Part shown: one piece after another, positions 22,678-34,553 of the stretch
Layout of the letters: every line of letters begins with the position of its first letter
Position numbering within the stretch: position 1 is the stretch's first letter
Assembly: GCA_001949185.1 (NCBI GenBank)
Contig: BDGG01000001.1
Location: 6,299,591 to 6,363,590, forward strand
Direction: 5' to 3'
Source: Ramazzottius varieornatus
Lineage: Eukaryota; Animalia; Tardigrada
DNA: 64,000 nt
Translations under genes and position numbers: made by a program
The notes under the pieces: model-generated
Seen by the model: the letters and a program-made list of their open reading frames with translations, nothing else
The model's database searches: none
Told to the model about the DNA's origin: nothing

Positions 22678-25064
22678 ATGGTAAGTCTGTTTTTCGACAA
22701 ATCATGAACGATGATCCTGTCCCGTCACATGTATTCTTTGCTTACAGGCCGATACCTACGTGCTCTTCGAGCACGCTTCAGGTTACGCGCTTTTCCACGT
22801 TAATGGATTTGAGGAGATATCCATGAACTTACCTCAGGTGGAACAGAATGTGACGGATCGCAGCAAATTCACAGGACTGGTCAGGCTGGTCGCTTTCGCC
22901 CCCTTCAAGGATGGTGTTCGTGCTCTGGAAAATGCCAATGCTATCTCGGAAGGTAAGTCGCACTCCTTCAGACGTTTGCTTACCGTTCATTATTTAACAC
23001 CTGGGCTGATCACTGCAGGTATCCTTCACGATGATTTACAGCTGTTCTTGGAAGCCAACCTGCCCAAGACAGACAAAAAAGGCAGTATCGTTCTCGGCGT
23101 GGCCGACGCGAAGATCGGTGGGACTTTGTCCGAAGCTATGCTGATCTCCTGTCAACATAGTGGCATCATCCCCGAAATCATCAGAGGTTAGTTCGAACAA
23201 TATTCGAAGAATCTTCCGTACCAGCAAAGTTTTTTCGAAGTACAAGAGAAGCTCTCTGGAGAACATGAATTTCTCAGTTGGGGTTGTGAAGCTCAGACAT
23301 GAGTGAATGTGGGGGTGTCGAGCACCGCCTGATTGTGTATCGTTAGCGGTCACGGCACGCCCTTGACATGGATAGTAGGGTGTCGTTTCTTGCAGGAATT
23401 CGTCTCCACTTTTCCAAGCTGATCAAAGGCTTAACACCCGAAGCTTCTTCTAAGGCCCAGCTGGGTCTTGGCCACAGTTACTCTCGAGCCAAAGTCAAGT
23501 TCAACGTCAACAGAGTAGACAACATGATCATCCAGAGTATCGCTATCCTGGATCAGCTGGACAAAGACATCAACACGTTCGCCATGCGCATTCGCGAGTG
23601 GTATGGGTACCACTTTCCGGAGTTGGTGAAGATTGTGCCTGACAGCTATTCCTACTCCAAGATCGTCAATATCATCGGGGAGAGAAAGCCCTTCGATGAG
23701 GAGAAGCTAGCATCCATCAGGGAAGTCGTTGAAGACGAAGAGAAAGTCGAGCACATCGTCGAAGCTGCTAGGACTTCCATCGGCGCTGAGATCCCGGAAG
23801 TCGATCTATTGAACGTCCAGACGTTCTGTACGAGAGTAACCAACTTGGCAGAATATCGATTGATGCTTCAGCAGTACCTCAAGTCGAAAATGCAACAGTG
23901 CGCACCGAACTTGGCTGCACTCATCGGAGAACAGGTGAAAAATAATGTGTAAAATTCCGAAATACCTTCCTGCGATTTTGCCAGCATTTTCCTGAATGAT
24001 TAACGAATTTTCAAGATTTTAGGTGAAATTATTTTCGAATCTTTAGTGGGAACTTTTCTATACAGGTTGGTGCCCGTCTGATTTCGCACGCCGGAAGTTT
24101 GACAAACTTGGCCAAGTTTCCCGCGTCGACCGTCCAGATTTTGGGTGCCGAGAAGGCACTCTTTCGAGCTTTGAAGACACGAGGTAACACGCCCAAGTAT
24201 GGACTGATCTACCATTCTTCCTTCATTGGCAAAGCCAAGAGTAAGGATAAGGGCCGTGTCTCGCGCTACTTGGCCAACAAGTGCTCCATCGCCACGCGCC
24301 TCGACTGCTTTTCCGGTACGATAGTCTTCCTTCTTTCAACATTACATTTTGCAAGAAATATGCTTAGTACACACATTGAATCCGCATTTAATTTCTGTGT
24401 GCAGAAGTTCCATCTTCCATTGTGGGAGAACACCTGAAGAAGCAAGTGGAGGATAGGCTGAAGTTCATCGAAGATGGTGTCGCACCTCGAAAGAATATCG
24501 ACGTGATGAAGGAAGCTGTCGACGAGGTACGTTTTGCTCCAGGTTTTTTCTGTAGAAATTGAATAAGTCAATGGCTCCGCATACTACCCACACTACTAAA
24601 ATACTCCGCATGCTACCATTTTCAAATTCTGCACTACCAAACCAGTCCACGAAGCTGAAGTCAGTAAAGTAGTACGCGGAGCAAAAGATAGTGTGGCAAA
24701 TGGTAGTACGAAGGAGCACTTTGGTAGTGCGGAAATTTGATGAAGACAGTACGTATGCGGAGTGTTGGTAGTGCAGGTAGCATGCGGAGCCATTGCCATA
24801 GATCAACTCTTCAACATTGAATTACTTCATCGAAAATTGATTGTTTCCTCGCAGGCTGAAGCTGCTCGTCAGGAGTACTTGGCTTCGCAAAAGTCTGAGA
24901 AGAAGAAGAAGCGCAAGAAGGTAAAGAGCGAACCCCTGGATGTACCCATGGAGGAAGTCAAGGCCGAACCGGAAGAGGAAACGGCTGAACCAGAACGGAA
25001 GAAGAAAAAGAAGAAGAAGCGCGATGCCAATGCGGGTGAGATGGCCGAAGGCGTTACTGCATAA
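22678..25064 (+). CDS. NOP56: Nucleolar protein 56 (box C/D snoRNP core)
   Basis: M|[112 protein letters not shown]-rich tail. First exon is ATG only (22678-22680). Confidence 0.96.
24569..24795. repeat. Foldback / MITE-like inverted repeat in last NOP56 intron
   Basis: CAATGGCTCCGCATACTACC...CTCCGCAT pairs with ATGCGGAG...GGTAGCATGCGGAGCCATTG. Inner arms TTCTGCACTACCAAA / TTTGGTAGTGCGGAA. Confidence 0.75.
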
Positions 25065-25460
25065 ACGCAGTAGTTTTTATGCCTTATTCTTTGTTGGTAT
25101 TCCCTACGAAATGGACAAATTGTTTGATCATGTAGTACGTACCTTTCGGCCATGGAAAAGACGAATCGGATTTCTGCTATTGTTAGAGTTCTTCGTCGTA
25201 AACACCGAAGTCTGAGTATCAGTTGTCTTGAGCACCACAAGATCTTGATTAAAATCAATAAAGCTGCCAAATATGAATCAATCTCGAGGAGACATTTCGA
25301 TGTCAGGAAGGAATTTCGGACACAAAGCAGGTACCTAAACAATCACAACAAAACTTCTGCGCAGAGGAATGTCACTTATGGCTTACAGAATAATCTTCTG
25401 TTACGCAGAAGGAAGAAATAAAACTCCGGTAAGTATTGTACACTACATACGGCATTAAGA

Positions 25461-26692
25461 CTATTCTCGCTTAGCTTTCTTGCTCAAATCGAACTTCTCT
25501 GGAAGGACATTCCTTGGCAGACCTGAAACGAAGAGCAAATTTTGGGTACGTACCGAAACCAAACAACGAAGCAAAAGCATTAGCTGGTGAAAATTCGACG
25601 TGCGAAGAAATCAACTTACTTGATGATCCCTGCTCGGAGTTGTGAATCTTTTTCAGGAGGAAGTACACATCAGCTATGGCTACAATCGCACTAACAATCA
25701 CAGCAATGAGAACTTGCGCCGCAACGTTATTTCCCACCGCAAGTCCCGTCGCAAAGTAGGCGAAGACGAAGGACCCGATCACCGTCAGGAGGCAGTTAAA
25801 CGCTCCCATCGCTTCCTTGTTGGCCACTTTCACTACAGAGAAACCGAAACCATCATAAACATACCTGAAAATGGGCGAAAATGAAACCACATGCACAAGC
25901 AATTTAATGTGCACGAAACCGCCGATCCATCACTGCATCAAGTGTCACTTACGATCTGTGGCGAAGCTACCGAGCTGCCCTCCCTTCGCAATGGGTCCCA
26001 CATTCTTTGTCAGCCTTTGATACTCTCGTTCAGCCGCATCGTTCCGTATTCTTTCAACCGTCGTCTCCAAATCGCGATCCTACAGAGAAGCAGTACCCAT
26101 TGCGCAGCGTGAAACCAGACAGAATGGCACTCGCACAGAAAACAACAGTAGCCAGGAGTTTCAAAACCGCGACGCACGCCAACCACGTGACTCCAGTACA
26201 TCAACGGAGAGTCACGTGAGCATCCGCGCCATCTATTCGAAACATAACGGAATATCAAATCAGCTCAGCAGTTTGTCTTACTCTTTTTTGAGGTGCTGCG
26301 CCTTCGGCAAAAAACCACTTCGCTCCTGTCAGGAAATCATCTTGGTAGGCTTTTTTGGTTTTAGGTGTCTTTCCGGGCTCAGCTCGCTGACTGGCATACT
26401 CGGCAACGCGAGTCACGAGGGTGAGAGGGATGCATCGCGATGTCTCAACTTGGCATTCAACACATCTGGAGTGCAGATCACCTGGCACGTTTCTGACGCT
26501 GTCCTGAGCATCTCTAGCAATCTGGTCGATCCATTTCTGCAGTTTGGGGTTGATGCTAACTTGGCTGCCACTCTCGTCATTCCCTGGAACAGGAGGTAAC
26601 GGAATGAACAGCGTTTCAAAAGTGATAACCTTGTTTTCCCTACCTGTTTTCGACGGGGACATCGCACCTCCTTCGGACCTAGCGCTCATCAT
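25461..26692 (-). CDS. TMEM199: V-ATPase assembly factor TMEM199/Vma12
   Basis: Spliced product includes ERIRNDAAEREYQRLTKNV, NCLLTVIGSFVFAYF and IVAIADVYF (two TMs), ending SKKAKRE*. Start codon approximate. Confidence 0.8.
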
Positions 26693-26880
26693 CTTCCGAC
26701 GGAAATCGAGGATCGGATATTCCGTGTCCCTCAACCGGGTGCTCGGTCCTAGGAGTTAGAAAGTCAAGAGTTTTCCGCGAAGATGTCCGACTCAGAGTTA
26801 GACTAATTACTATTAATTTTACTAATTTATCGTTCCCAGGTTCTTCAATCAAATAATCAACTCACCAGGTTACTTACCAA

Positions 26881-27281
26881 TAGGGTAGTTTTTGGTTGGA
26901 TAGGCGGTTGGATAAATCTTTATCCGGATAGACTATGGATGGTTGAAAAAAGGTTTGTCCGGTTGGTTAAAAGTTTTGTCCGGTTATTCGGATAACGATT
27001 CGAAATATTGGGGCTTTTGCGAATCGTAGTTTGTCATCTATATAGACCACTCAGTGTTCAGCTAATTCGGGATTTTGAAAGAGGCGTACGTGAGAGGCAA
27101 TGTCTTCGTCGAAATAAACAACGTTTCGCAGAAAAAAACCGCTGAAATTTGGTCATCCCGGACGTTTCCCGAATTTTTCGTGTTACCGACCTGTCCGGAT
27201 AAAACTGTGGTTGGATAGATTTTTTATCTGGTGAATGGCAGTTGGTTGAGGCTCTGTTAGGATAAAAGCGGTGGTTAAACC
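26881..27281. repeat. Degenerate repeat region rich in GGTTGGATA / TCCGGATA motifs
   Basis: Two clusters (26881-26996 and 27192-27281) of recurring GGTTGGATA, TCCGGATA and GTCCGGTT words. No coding signal. Confidence 0.4.
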
Positions 27282-27518
27282 AGAGTCCATGCACACCGTG
27301 CGAAGACAATGTCACAAACGCTGGCACCACGTTTAAATCTTCTTTCTGACGATCGACAACGGAGAAGGTCCCGGTTCCCAGCATAAAAACGGAACTTCGT
27401 AACTGCGTTTCATGTCTGGAAGGCGCCAATTATGCCTTTGCCTATCGAGCCTGGGGACTGTACCGGTGTAGACTTTTGAAAGACCGCTTCTGGAACGATC
27501 ATGCAGACTCTGCCAATA

Positions 27519-29133
27519 CAGTCCACTCGTTCGAGATCCGTACACTCTTCTTCCATTTCTATTTGCCACCAGTCAAACATCAACCGCACAGCTGTTTTGG
27601 TGCAGGTTTCCCTGCTTTTCGACAGCCCGACGACCAAAACGTAAAATTGCTCGAGGCAGCTGAGTAATCACCTCCAGCTGTGGTGGTTGCTGTCTTTCCA
27701 GTCTTTCCACTTCGTAGCATCTGATTCCTTTACCAGTTCGCCCTGCAGATGCAACGGTTCGCAACGCGCGGGTTGCACGGACAATGGGATTTCGAGTAAC
27801 ACTTCGGTATAATTTGCAGATAGAAAACCAGGTGTACGAGTTTTGAGACGCGCTCAACGATCGCAACAGTGCCTTTTTGTAATCTCACCACATAGATAAT
27901 ACGACTTATGAATGTTGCGACTTTTACAACTGGTGGCGAAATATTTGGAAACAACAGAAGTAATTCAGTCCAAGCGAAACAAAACAGTGTACGAGAAAAT
28001 CAGCGATTAGCTACAAGTCAGATGACCAGCGGCACCAACATTTTCTGTCTGACGTATCAAAGTGACCTTGCTTGAAAAACGTAGGGTGGTCCAGAAGAAC
28101 ACCAATGTTGGGGACAACCATTGCCTTACAGCAAGCACTGCAGCCTCTGTCAATGGTATCGATGGCGTCTTTGGAGAGCTCTACGGTAGGTAAGCCGCTG
28201 CTGTCATGGACTGCAGGCTGGCAGACACTAACACGGCAGTTCTTGACGAAGTTGGAGACGCACCAACAAGTTTTCGCCGTGTCAGAGTAGTTCCCGCTGT
28301 GATATTTCACGCAGGTGGTCGTTATGGACTTGTGCATTTGAGTGACTTCCTCCTGCTTTGCGCAACATTCGTCACACGGTTCTTGAAGAGCTTCAGGGTT
28401 CGCTGTCTTGGTATCAGGTGGCTGACAAGCGTCCTCCATGGGGAATGGATTCATCTGCAGAAGTCCAAAATTCCCGGACATTTTCAAGATGGACCAGCAA
28501 CTCCAACACAACACTCACCATGCAAACCCATCCAACATTCCACAGAAATAACAACAGGAGCTTTCCAGAGCACAGTGACGTCATATCACGGTGCCACATT
28601 TCTTATCGTCGATTTTTCGGAGGGGTATAAGTCTTCCGGTAACTGTTGTTTGGCATCCACCCAGTACTGGTTCGGGCAGTGAAAAGCGTCGGAGTAAGTT
28701 TTTAACGATCCACGCATCTAGATCCATAACGGTTAGCACACCTTGTTCTTCCGCATTTTTAGGTGAGGAAGTAATCTGTTTGGGTGTCTTAAGCATTAAG
28801 GTAAACATTTCCCGCTGCCCTATGGCATACCTGTATCACACCGGCGCCTGTGTAAACATCCTGTTCGGTCAGAAACGACACGATGAGTCGTCTTTATTGC
28901 GATGAGTACTTGTACACCCTCCGGCTCATCGGTTCTGCAATAACGGATTCACCACCAGAACCACACTGCCTTTAAGCAATTGAGTTTTTTTATTCGCGGT
29001 GTCGACAAAGGGCCTCAACTTTTCGGGCCCCAACGAACAATCAATAAACTTCATGGCGAACCCTCCTGTGCTTGTTATGATTTCGCCAATTTGAAATGGA
29101 AGAATAGTGTACGGATCTCAAACGAGTGGACTG
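27519..29133. mobile_element. TA-flanked TIR element (Tc1/mariner-like ends) without transposase, enclosing a cellular-type gene
   Basis: 27515-27559 and 29093-29137 are inverted copies (43/45 identical): TA|CAGTCCACTCGTT.GAGATCCGTACACT.TTCTTCCATTTC. Weaker similarity continues ~30 bp inward. Confidence 0.65.
28011..28584 (-). CDS. Secreted cysteine-rich protein with two tandem CQP-CxxCC-G-CWC domains; exons 28584-28519 and 28454-28011
   Basis: Signal-peptide exon MTSLCSGKLLLLFLWNVGWVCM, phase-0 intron GTGAGT...CTGCAG, then CQP..CDECC..GNYSDTAKTCWC and CQP..CSACC..GHFDTSDRKCWC. Confidence 0.75.
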
Positions 29134-32100
29134 TATTCGTGATTCGAAAGATTACTGTTCTAAAAAATCCTAAATTTAAAATCAATGACCTGTTCGCCCA
29201 AGTCCAAAAACACTCCCTCGTCGGCTAGCGAGTCGTCGTAGTCGTACACGCGGTGAAGGATAGTGAAACTGTTTCGCTGCATCGCGCAGAACCTTCCCTA
29301 TGTATAAGTGATGCGGCTTCAGTTTTCACAGCTTCCATCAACTGCGAATCCTTCTAGTTATTCCCACGATCAAGGCTGGTTACTGTACTCCGGAGTAGCT
29401 CTGATAATTTTCTTGTTCCTAGCGTCGCCTGGGTTTTGTACGATATTTTGATTTTATTTGAACAGAAGTGTTTTCACTCTTTATTCTATTTACAGGTAGG
29501 GTGGCAGAAAATTGTAGATTGGCTGCTTCCGGGTTCTACGAGTGTAAGCACGTTGATTTAACTCGGTATGCTTACATGCGTTACTTCGCAGATCGAAGCC
29601 TTCGCAGCCCTTCGCAGACAAAGTGTCATGGCCTGGTTCCAGATCGCACGGGAGGCACAAATACGGCACTTTATGTGCCACTTTGTGCTTACTTGCATAT
29701 ATAGCCTCCCTTCGCCGACTTTATGTTCCTTTCAAATATGACCAGAACCGAAAAGTCCTTCCTAAATGGGTACTGGTTTAAATCAAGAACAAATAAGTTC
29801 AGTTAATCTCAATGGGCCCAATGGCTTACAAACCAGACTTTTTTCCAGTTCTTCTGCCCTTGGTCATGGCCATGACGGAAATCTAACTGAATAAGGAACC
29901 GGGAACCACCCTGGAATCTGCGGACGTTAAACTCTTGAACGTCCTCCTCCCAACGCGAGTCACGTCTCCGCATTCTCCCTCTTTTGAGACTTTTCTGAAC
30001 GTCGGTTTTATCGTGATCTGTTCAAACTTGAATGGTATTTTAGCTACAAATGAGCCGAAGGCGAGCGAACAGCTTGTATGGGGATTATGCAAAGAGTCTC
30101 ATCTTTTTTGCAGTCTTGAACAATTATGGGGGCACTGTACACTTCAGGTGCAGGTTATGCGGCAAGTACCATCCAATTACCGTAAACTTCTTATAAATCT
30201 GACCCGTTATCGAAGCCTGACATTAGGGCCGGATGTGGCGGCCTGTATGCCCTACATGACGGAGACTTCTACAGAAAGTCAGTCACAGGGAAACAAAGCC
30301 GTTGCAAGATAAAGTTCATGTTTCGGGCTGGACATGTCGGCCTGTAAATCTCTCGGCGCAGCACTGATTGAGAATTATTGTCTTTAGCGATAATTGTGGT
30401 TAATCTTTTTGAATGATAAGCGTTTTCCCTTCCTACAACTACCCGACCGGACATGGCGTTTTTCTGGACTGTTCTGATACGAGTATGCAGTGCAATGTAC
30501 ACGTGCGCCGCATACACGTACTCTTGCTGGTCAGCTCAATGTAGTTCCTTGTTCGCTAACTCTATCCAGTAACTCGCCATGGCCGGCTGTTAACTCCTCT
30601 TGCTTTCCTGCAGAGATTGTCCCGCTTGAATATAAGTTCATGAAGTTCTCTCGACGGAACATTCTTCATACACAACTTCATTCGCGCTCTTTGCATCTCA
30701 CGAATTTCTGAAGTTGCTGGCTGGATACTACAGCCAGAGAGATCTCGTGCATGCTTGACGGACAATAGGGGCTTTTTCGAGCATTTACTGCGTCGAAGTA
30801 AAGCTTGACCACGACGTCCGATCGAGCTTCATCTTGAGTGAAATCTTAATGAACTTTCCTACCTGATTTTCGATGTGATTGAGTTACCCACATCGAAGTA
30901 TGTCTGCTCGTCAACCTAAGAACCTCGGACTGTGGTCTACTATCCATACAGACACCAAACACCGCATTCGCCCCGGTTAGAATTGCACGATTCACTCGCG
31001 CACTGCTGTATCAAAGCAGAGCGACAGATTAGTTAATCAGGTGGAGCGTTTGGTTTTGTGGCTGATTTTTCAGCCAGTTCGTTTGTACGCTCTGAAAAAG
31101 CGCAGGCCGAACAGAAAACGGGTGAAGTCGAAGCCTTACTAGTACAGCTGAGACTTTTCCCTACTTAAAGCAACCGCGCCCGGCTTGATTTAACAGTTCT
31201 GTTTTGAACAAGAGGCCATTTTGAATTTTGCCTTTCTAAACTCTCCCCTTTTTTCCGGAACAACCGATCTTATCCTGTGCTCGGCTTCCAGAAGCTAAGC
31301 GTCATGGAAATGTGTCCGTTATCGGCAAAGTACCCGCTCTGGAGACGAGAACGCCGCTGCCCTGCAGACTAGCATGACAAGGGAACTGGACGGATTGCGT
31401 TTGGCTACCCGGTACCCGCTACCGTATGGCGATCTCGTTCGATCACGTCGCTTTTCGTCGTCGTTTGCCCGAGCTCGGAGACATCAGCTGCAAGGTAAAT
31501 ACCTCACTCTTCAGAACTCGCAATTGCTGACTAGGGGCTTCATGCCTATGCGTGCTAAGCCGTTACCAGCTTCTTTGGTTACTTTGGCATAGTTGATCGT
31601 GCTTGCGTTGATTGACTACTTGTAATAGTATGATGATTCTCATCTTGCAGGTCCCAAGGTTTATGTTGTTCCCCTTACGTGAAACGGATAGCGCATCTTA
31701 CAAGACATGTCGTAAGCACGACGGAAGCTTCGTTCGAATAGCGAGCTCGCGGATTTCACTACGTGAGCTAGCCGGTACGTATCTCAGTCAGCTTGGGACT
31801 GATGCCATTTTGGATGTTCTTTGACGAACATTCTGGCTACTTGATGGCTGACTACTGCTTCAATTTACACGTCATCTCAACTGCACTTGAAAAGAAACGT
31901 CTCTTTTTTCACCTTTTTGTAGTTATTCTTTTCTGTTTGAACCGTACTGTCGCGGCCTTAAGGAAAGTCTTTCCGAGGTCGGTGCACATAGTGTCTTTCG
32001 GTTTCGGTTTTTATCTGCTTCATTTTGGGCAATTTTGAAACTCACTGTCTTCTTGGTATTTTACGAAGTTTTTTGTGGTTGGACAAGTTTCGATGAAATT

Positions 32101-33283
32101 AAATTTACAACCAGAAATTATGTTTTTCACCTTTCCTTTAGCTAGGAAGCACAGCACAATTCGCGCCTGAATTACGCTGATTTGTTTGCTCGAAGGGGTA
32201 GCTAAACCATGACTTTTTTGGTACTGAATAAATATTTATCCGTGTTCCAAAACTGCCTGTTTTCGGACACAGAAAGAACTCTTCTTGACAGAACGAAAAC
32301 AGCTTTTTCTGCGTTCCTTTCCTTCGAATTTTTAGCCTATTTGATGTTTAAAAACAGGCTTTTCTAGATCCGGGTGCCTGACCAGCTCTACGACGTCGCG
32401 TGGCCGCGAACACGAAACGTGGTTGCAGGTGACTGAGGGCCATGACCAGCACTTGTCGACAAACCAAGTCTCGGACTACGATCTCTGTCACCGATGTAAC
32501 CGTGGCCAGTGCACCGAGGAACCTTGCCCCAGCGACTATATCCATGCTTGCTCCGTCAGTAAGCCAGCGTGAGTAAGGAGCCGGGACATTGTCGCACAGA
32601 ATGTGACAGCCACGACGCCGGCCGCGTCGGTACAAGCCGTCAAAACGCTCGGAACAATTAATTGTTTGGGCAAAGTCGTTCACTCCTGATACGACTTACT
32701 ATTCGCATTCTCCTGCTTATATATCAACGGGATATCACCAGCTCCTTTCTGACGAAGAAACCACGACGGACACCCATTCCACTGCAACACTGGGCTACAA
32801 TTTGATTGGAGTCTCTGAGCTCGCTAACGGGACCGGTGTAGCTCAGTGGAACAGGTGGAAGGCTGATGCACCGAGCCGTCACTTCATCCTTGGCATCACA
32901 CCCAGACTGTGTACCACCTCGAGTCTAGCTGTATCGACGTCACCCAACGATACGATCAGACGACCTCAACATGCCCAAATAAAAATCATCCACTTTCGCT
33001 TGTCATGAATAGTTCATTAAGTTAACAGAGTTAGTTTCTTGGAGACACCAGTCCCAAAGACGTCTAACTAATGGATCACTTCAAGTCGCACGCCGCTCTG
33101 TACCTGTCAATCCGCCCAGATATCGTAATTCTCTAGAGCTCCGGAACCTGCTGATACTGCCGTATATCGAGTTCTTTCCTTGCTGGTAACGCTTCGCTAA
33201 ATTGGAAGAAGAATTGCTGCGATCCCAACACAAGTCCGATTCTGCTTGTGTGCAGGATTTTCAGTGCGTGATCCCCCAGTGAC

Positions 33284-34279
33284 ATGGACATTAACAGTCT
33301 CAGTGATCGATACAGGCGGAAAGGAGTTGTTGTCCTTCGTGATTATTTATCCGAAGACTGGATCAGTAAAGGGACGGTTGCAGTCGAATCGGTTCACGCT
33401 AGTCCAAGTTCTTTCGCTCAAATATTTTCATATCGATATGGTGAAGGTAATTACTTCCGGGATTTTGCAAACTGGAGAAACCAACCAGATCTACAAGCAT
33501 TAATTTTCGATTCCCTACTGCCTCGTCTCGTTTCCGAAATCGTTGGGACGAACTCACTGACATTTTACCACGATCAGTGTATTGTCAAAGATCCGCGCAA
33601 CATGTCGCTCGTGGGCTTTCAGCAACGCATGAGCAATTACCCGTTTGAAGGGACACAGGTGATCGAGTTTGAAACACTTCTTGGAAACACTTCCGCAGCC
33701 CATATATTTTTCTTAGTTGCAGGGCTGTACGGTGTACATCACTCTCGATGCAGTGCCGTTAGAAACTGCCCTAAAAGTAGTCGTGGGTTCGCATCTATGG
33801 AACAAGACCTTTTTTCCTGACGGTTTCGACCCTTTTACCATCAGCGACCAAATCAAGGAAGGCCAGTACGAAAGGATCCCCGATATTCGTACGCTGAACG
33901 AAGCAATGATCCGAGAAACTAATCTCTTTCCGGGAGACATCGTCATTTACAACATGAAGTGTGTGGTCTCGACCAACGGTAATGCCACACACCACCCGCA
34001 ACGTGCTTTGGCACTGCACTTCCTGGGCGACGACGTCAGGTTCGTCGAGCGACCCTGGCCCATAAACCCACCCATCACCGGTTAGTTTACTTCTCCCTTC
34101 GCATGTATCTGCCGCGGTACGACGATACATTTTTGGTGTCTCCAATAGGCAACCTGAAAGTCGGCGACCATCCTTCGAGAGACAGCGCGACCTTCCCGAC
34201 GGTTTTCACGGCGGAGAGATCCACTCGACCATCCACAAACCAACCTGCCCATACAGTCCACAATGAAAAGACACACTGA
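33284..34279 (+). CDS. Phytanoyl-CoA dioxygenase (PhyH)-fold protein lacking the HxD...H iron ligands; 3 exons
   Basis: YRRKGVVVLRDYL, FYHDQCIVKDP, CTVYITLDAVP..TALKVVVGSHLW, PGDIVIY, RALALHFLGDD. Introns ~33659-33722 and 34081-34148 are in phase. Confidence 0.8.
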
Positions 34280-34553
34280 ATTCAGCCTTTCCCTAAGATG
34301 ATACTTTTATAGCTTTTTCCGAATTCCTGGAAATCAAGTCTCTTGTTGGGTGATTTTAAAAGTGCGTGCCGTGAGGAAAGTAAACTGATCTTTTTTACCG
34401 CTTTGTTGTTGCTATGATCCATCTGCTGACTGCCTCCTCCCAAGTGTCTGTTTGGACCACGAAATTCAAAACTGGCGAACATCGGCCAGCCAGCGAAAGT
34501 AGGGTCCCAGTATTTACCGCTAGAGCGTTATTGTTCTTTTGCCGTATTTCACA

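Noticed and set aside
23188-24066. Intronic box C/D snoRNAs expected in NOP56
   Set aside because: No clean RTGATGA...CTGA pair with a terminal stem seen by eye; needs snoscan/Infernal.
32370-32570. Short frame with CHRCNRGQC..PC..YIHAC resembling a CCCH finger of DIRS-type gag
   Set aside because: Too short, and no convincing RT or tyrosine recombinase motifs nearby.
32835-32849. tRNA-like A-box GGTGTAGCTCAGTGG
   Set aside because: No T-arm/B-box or cloverleaf follows.
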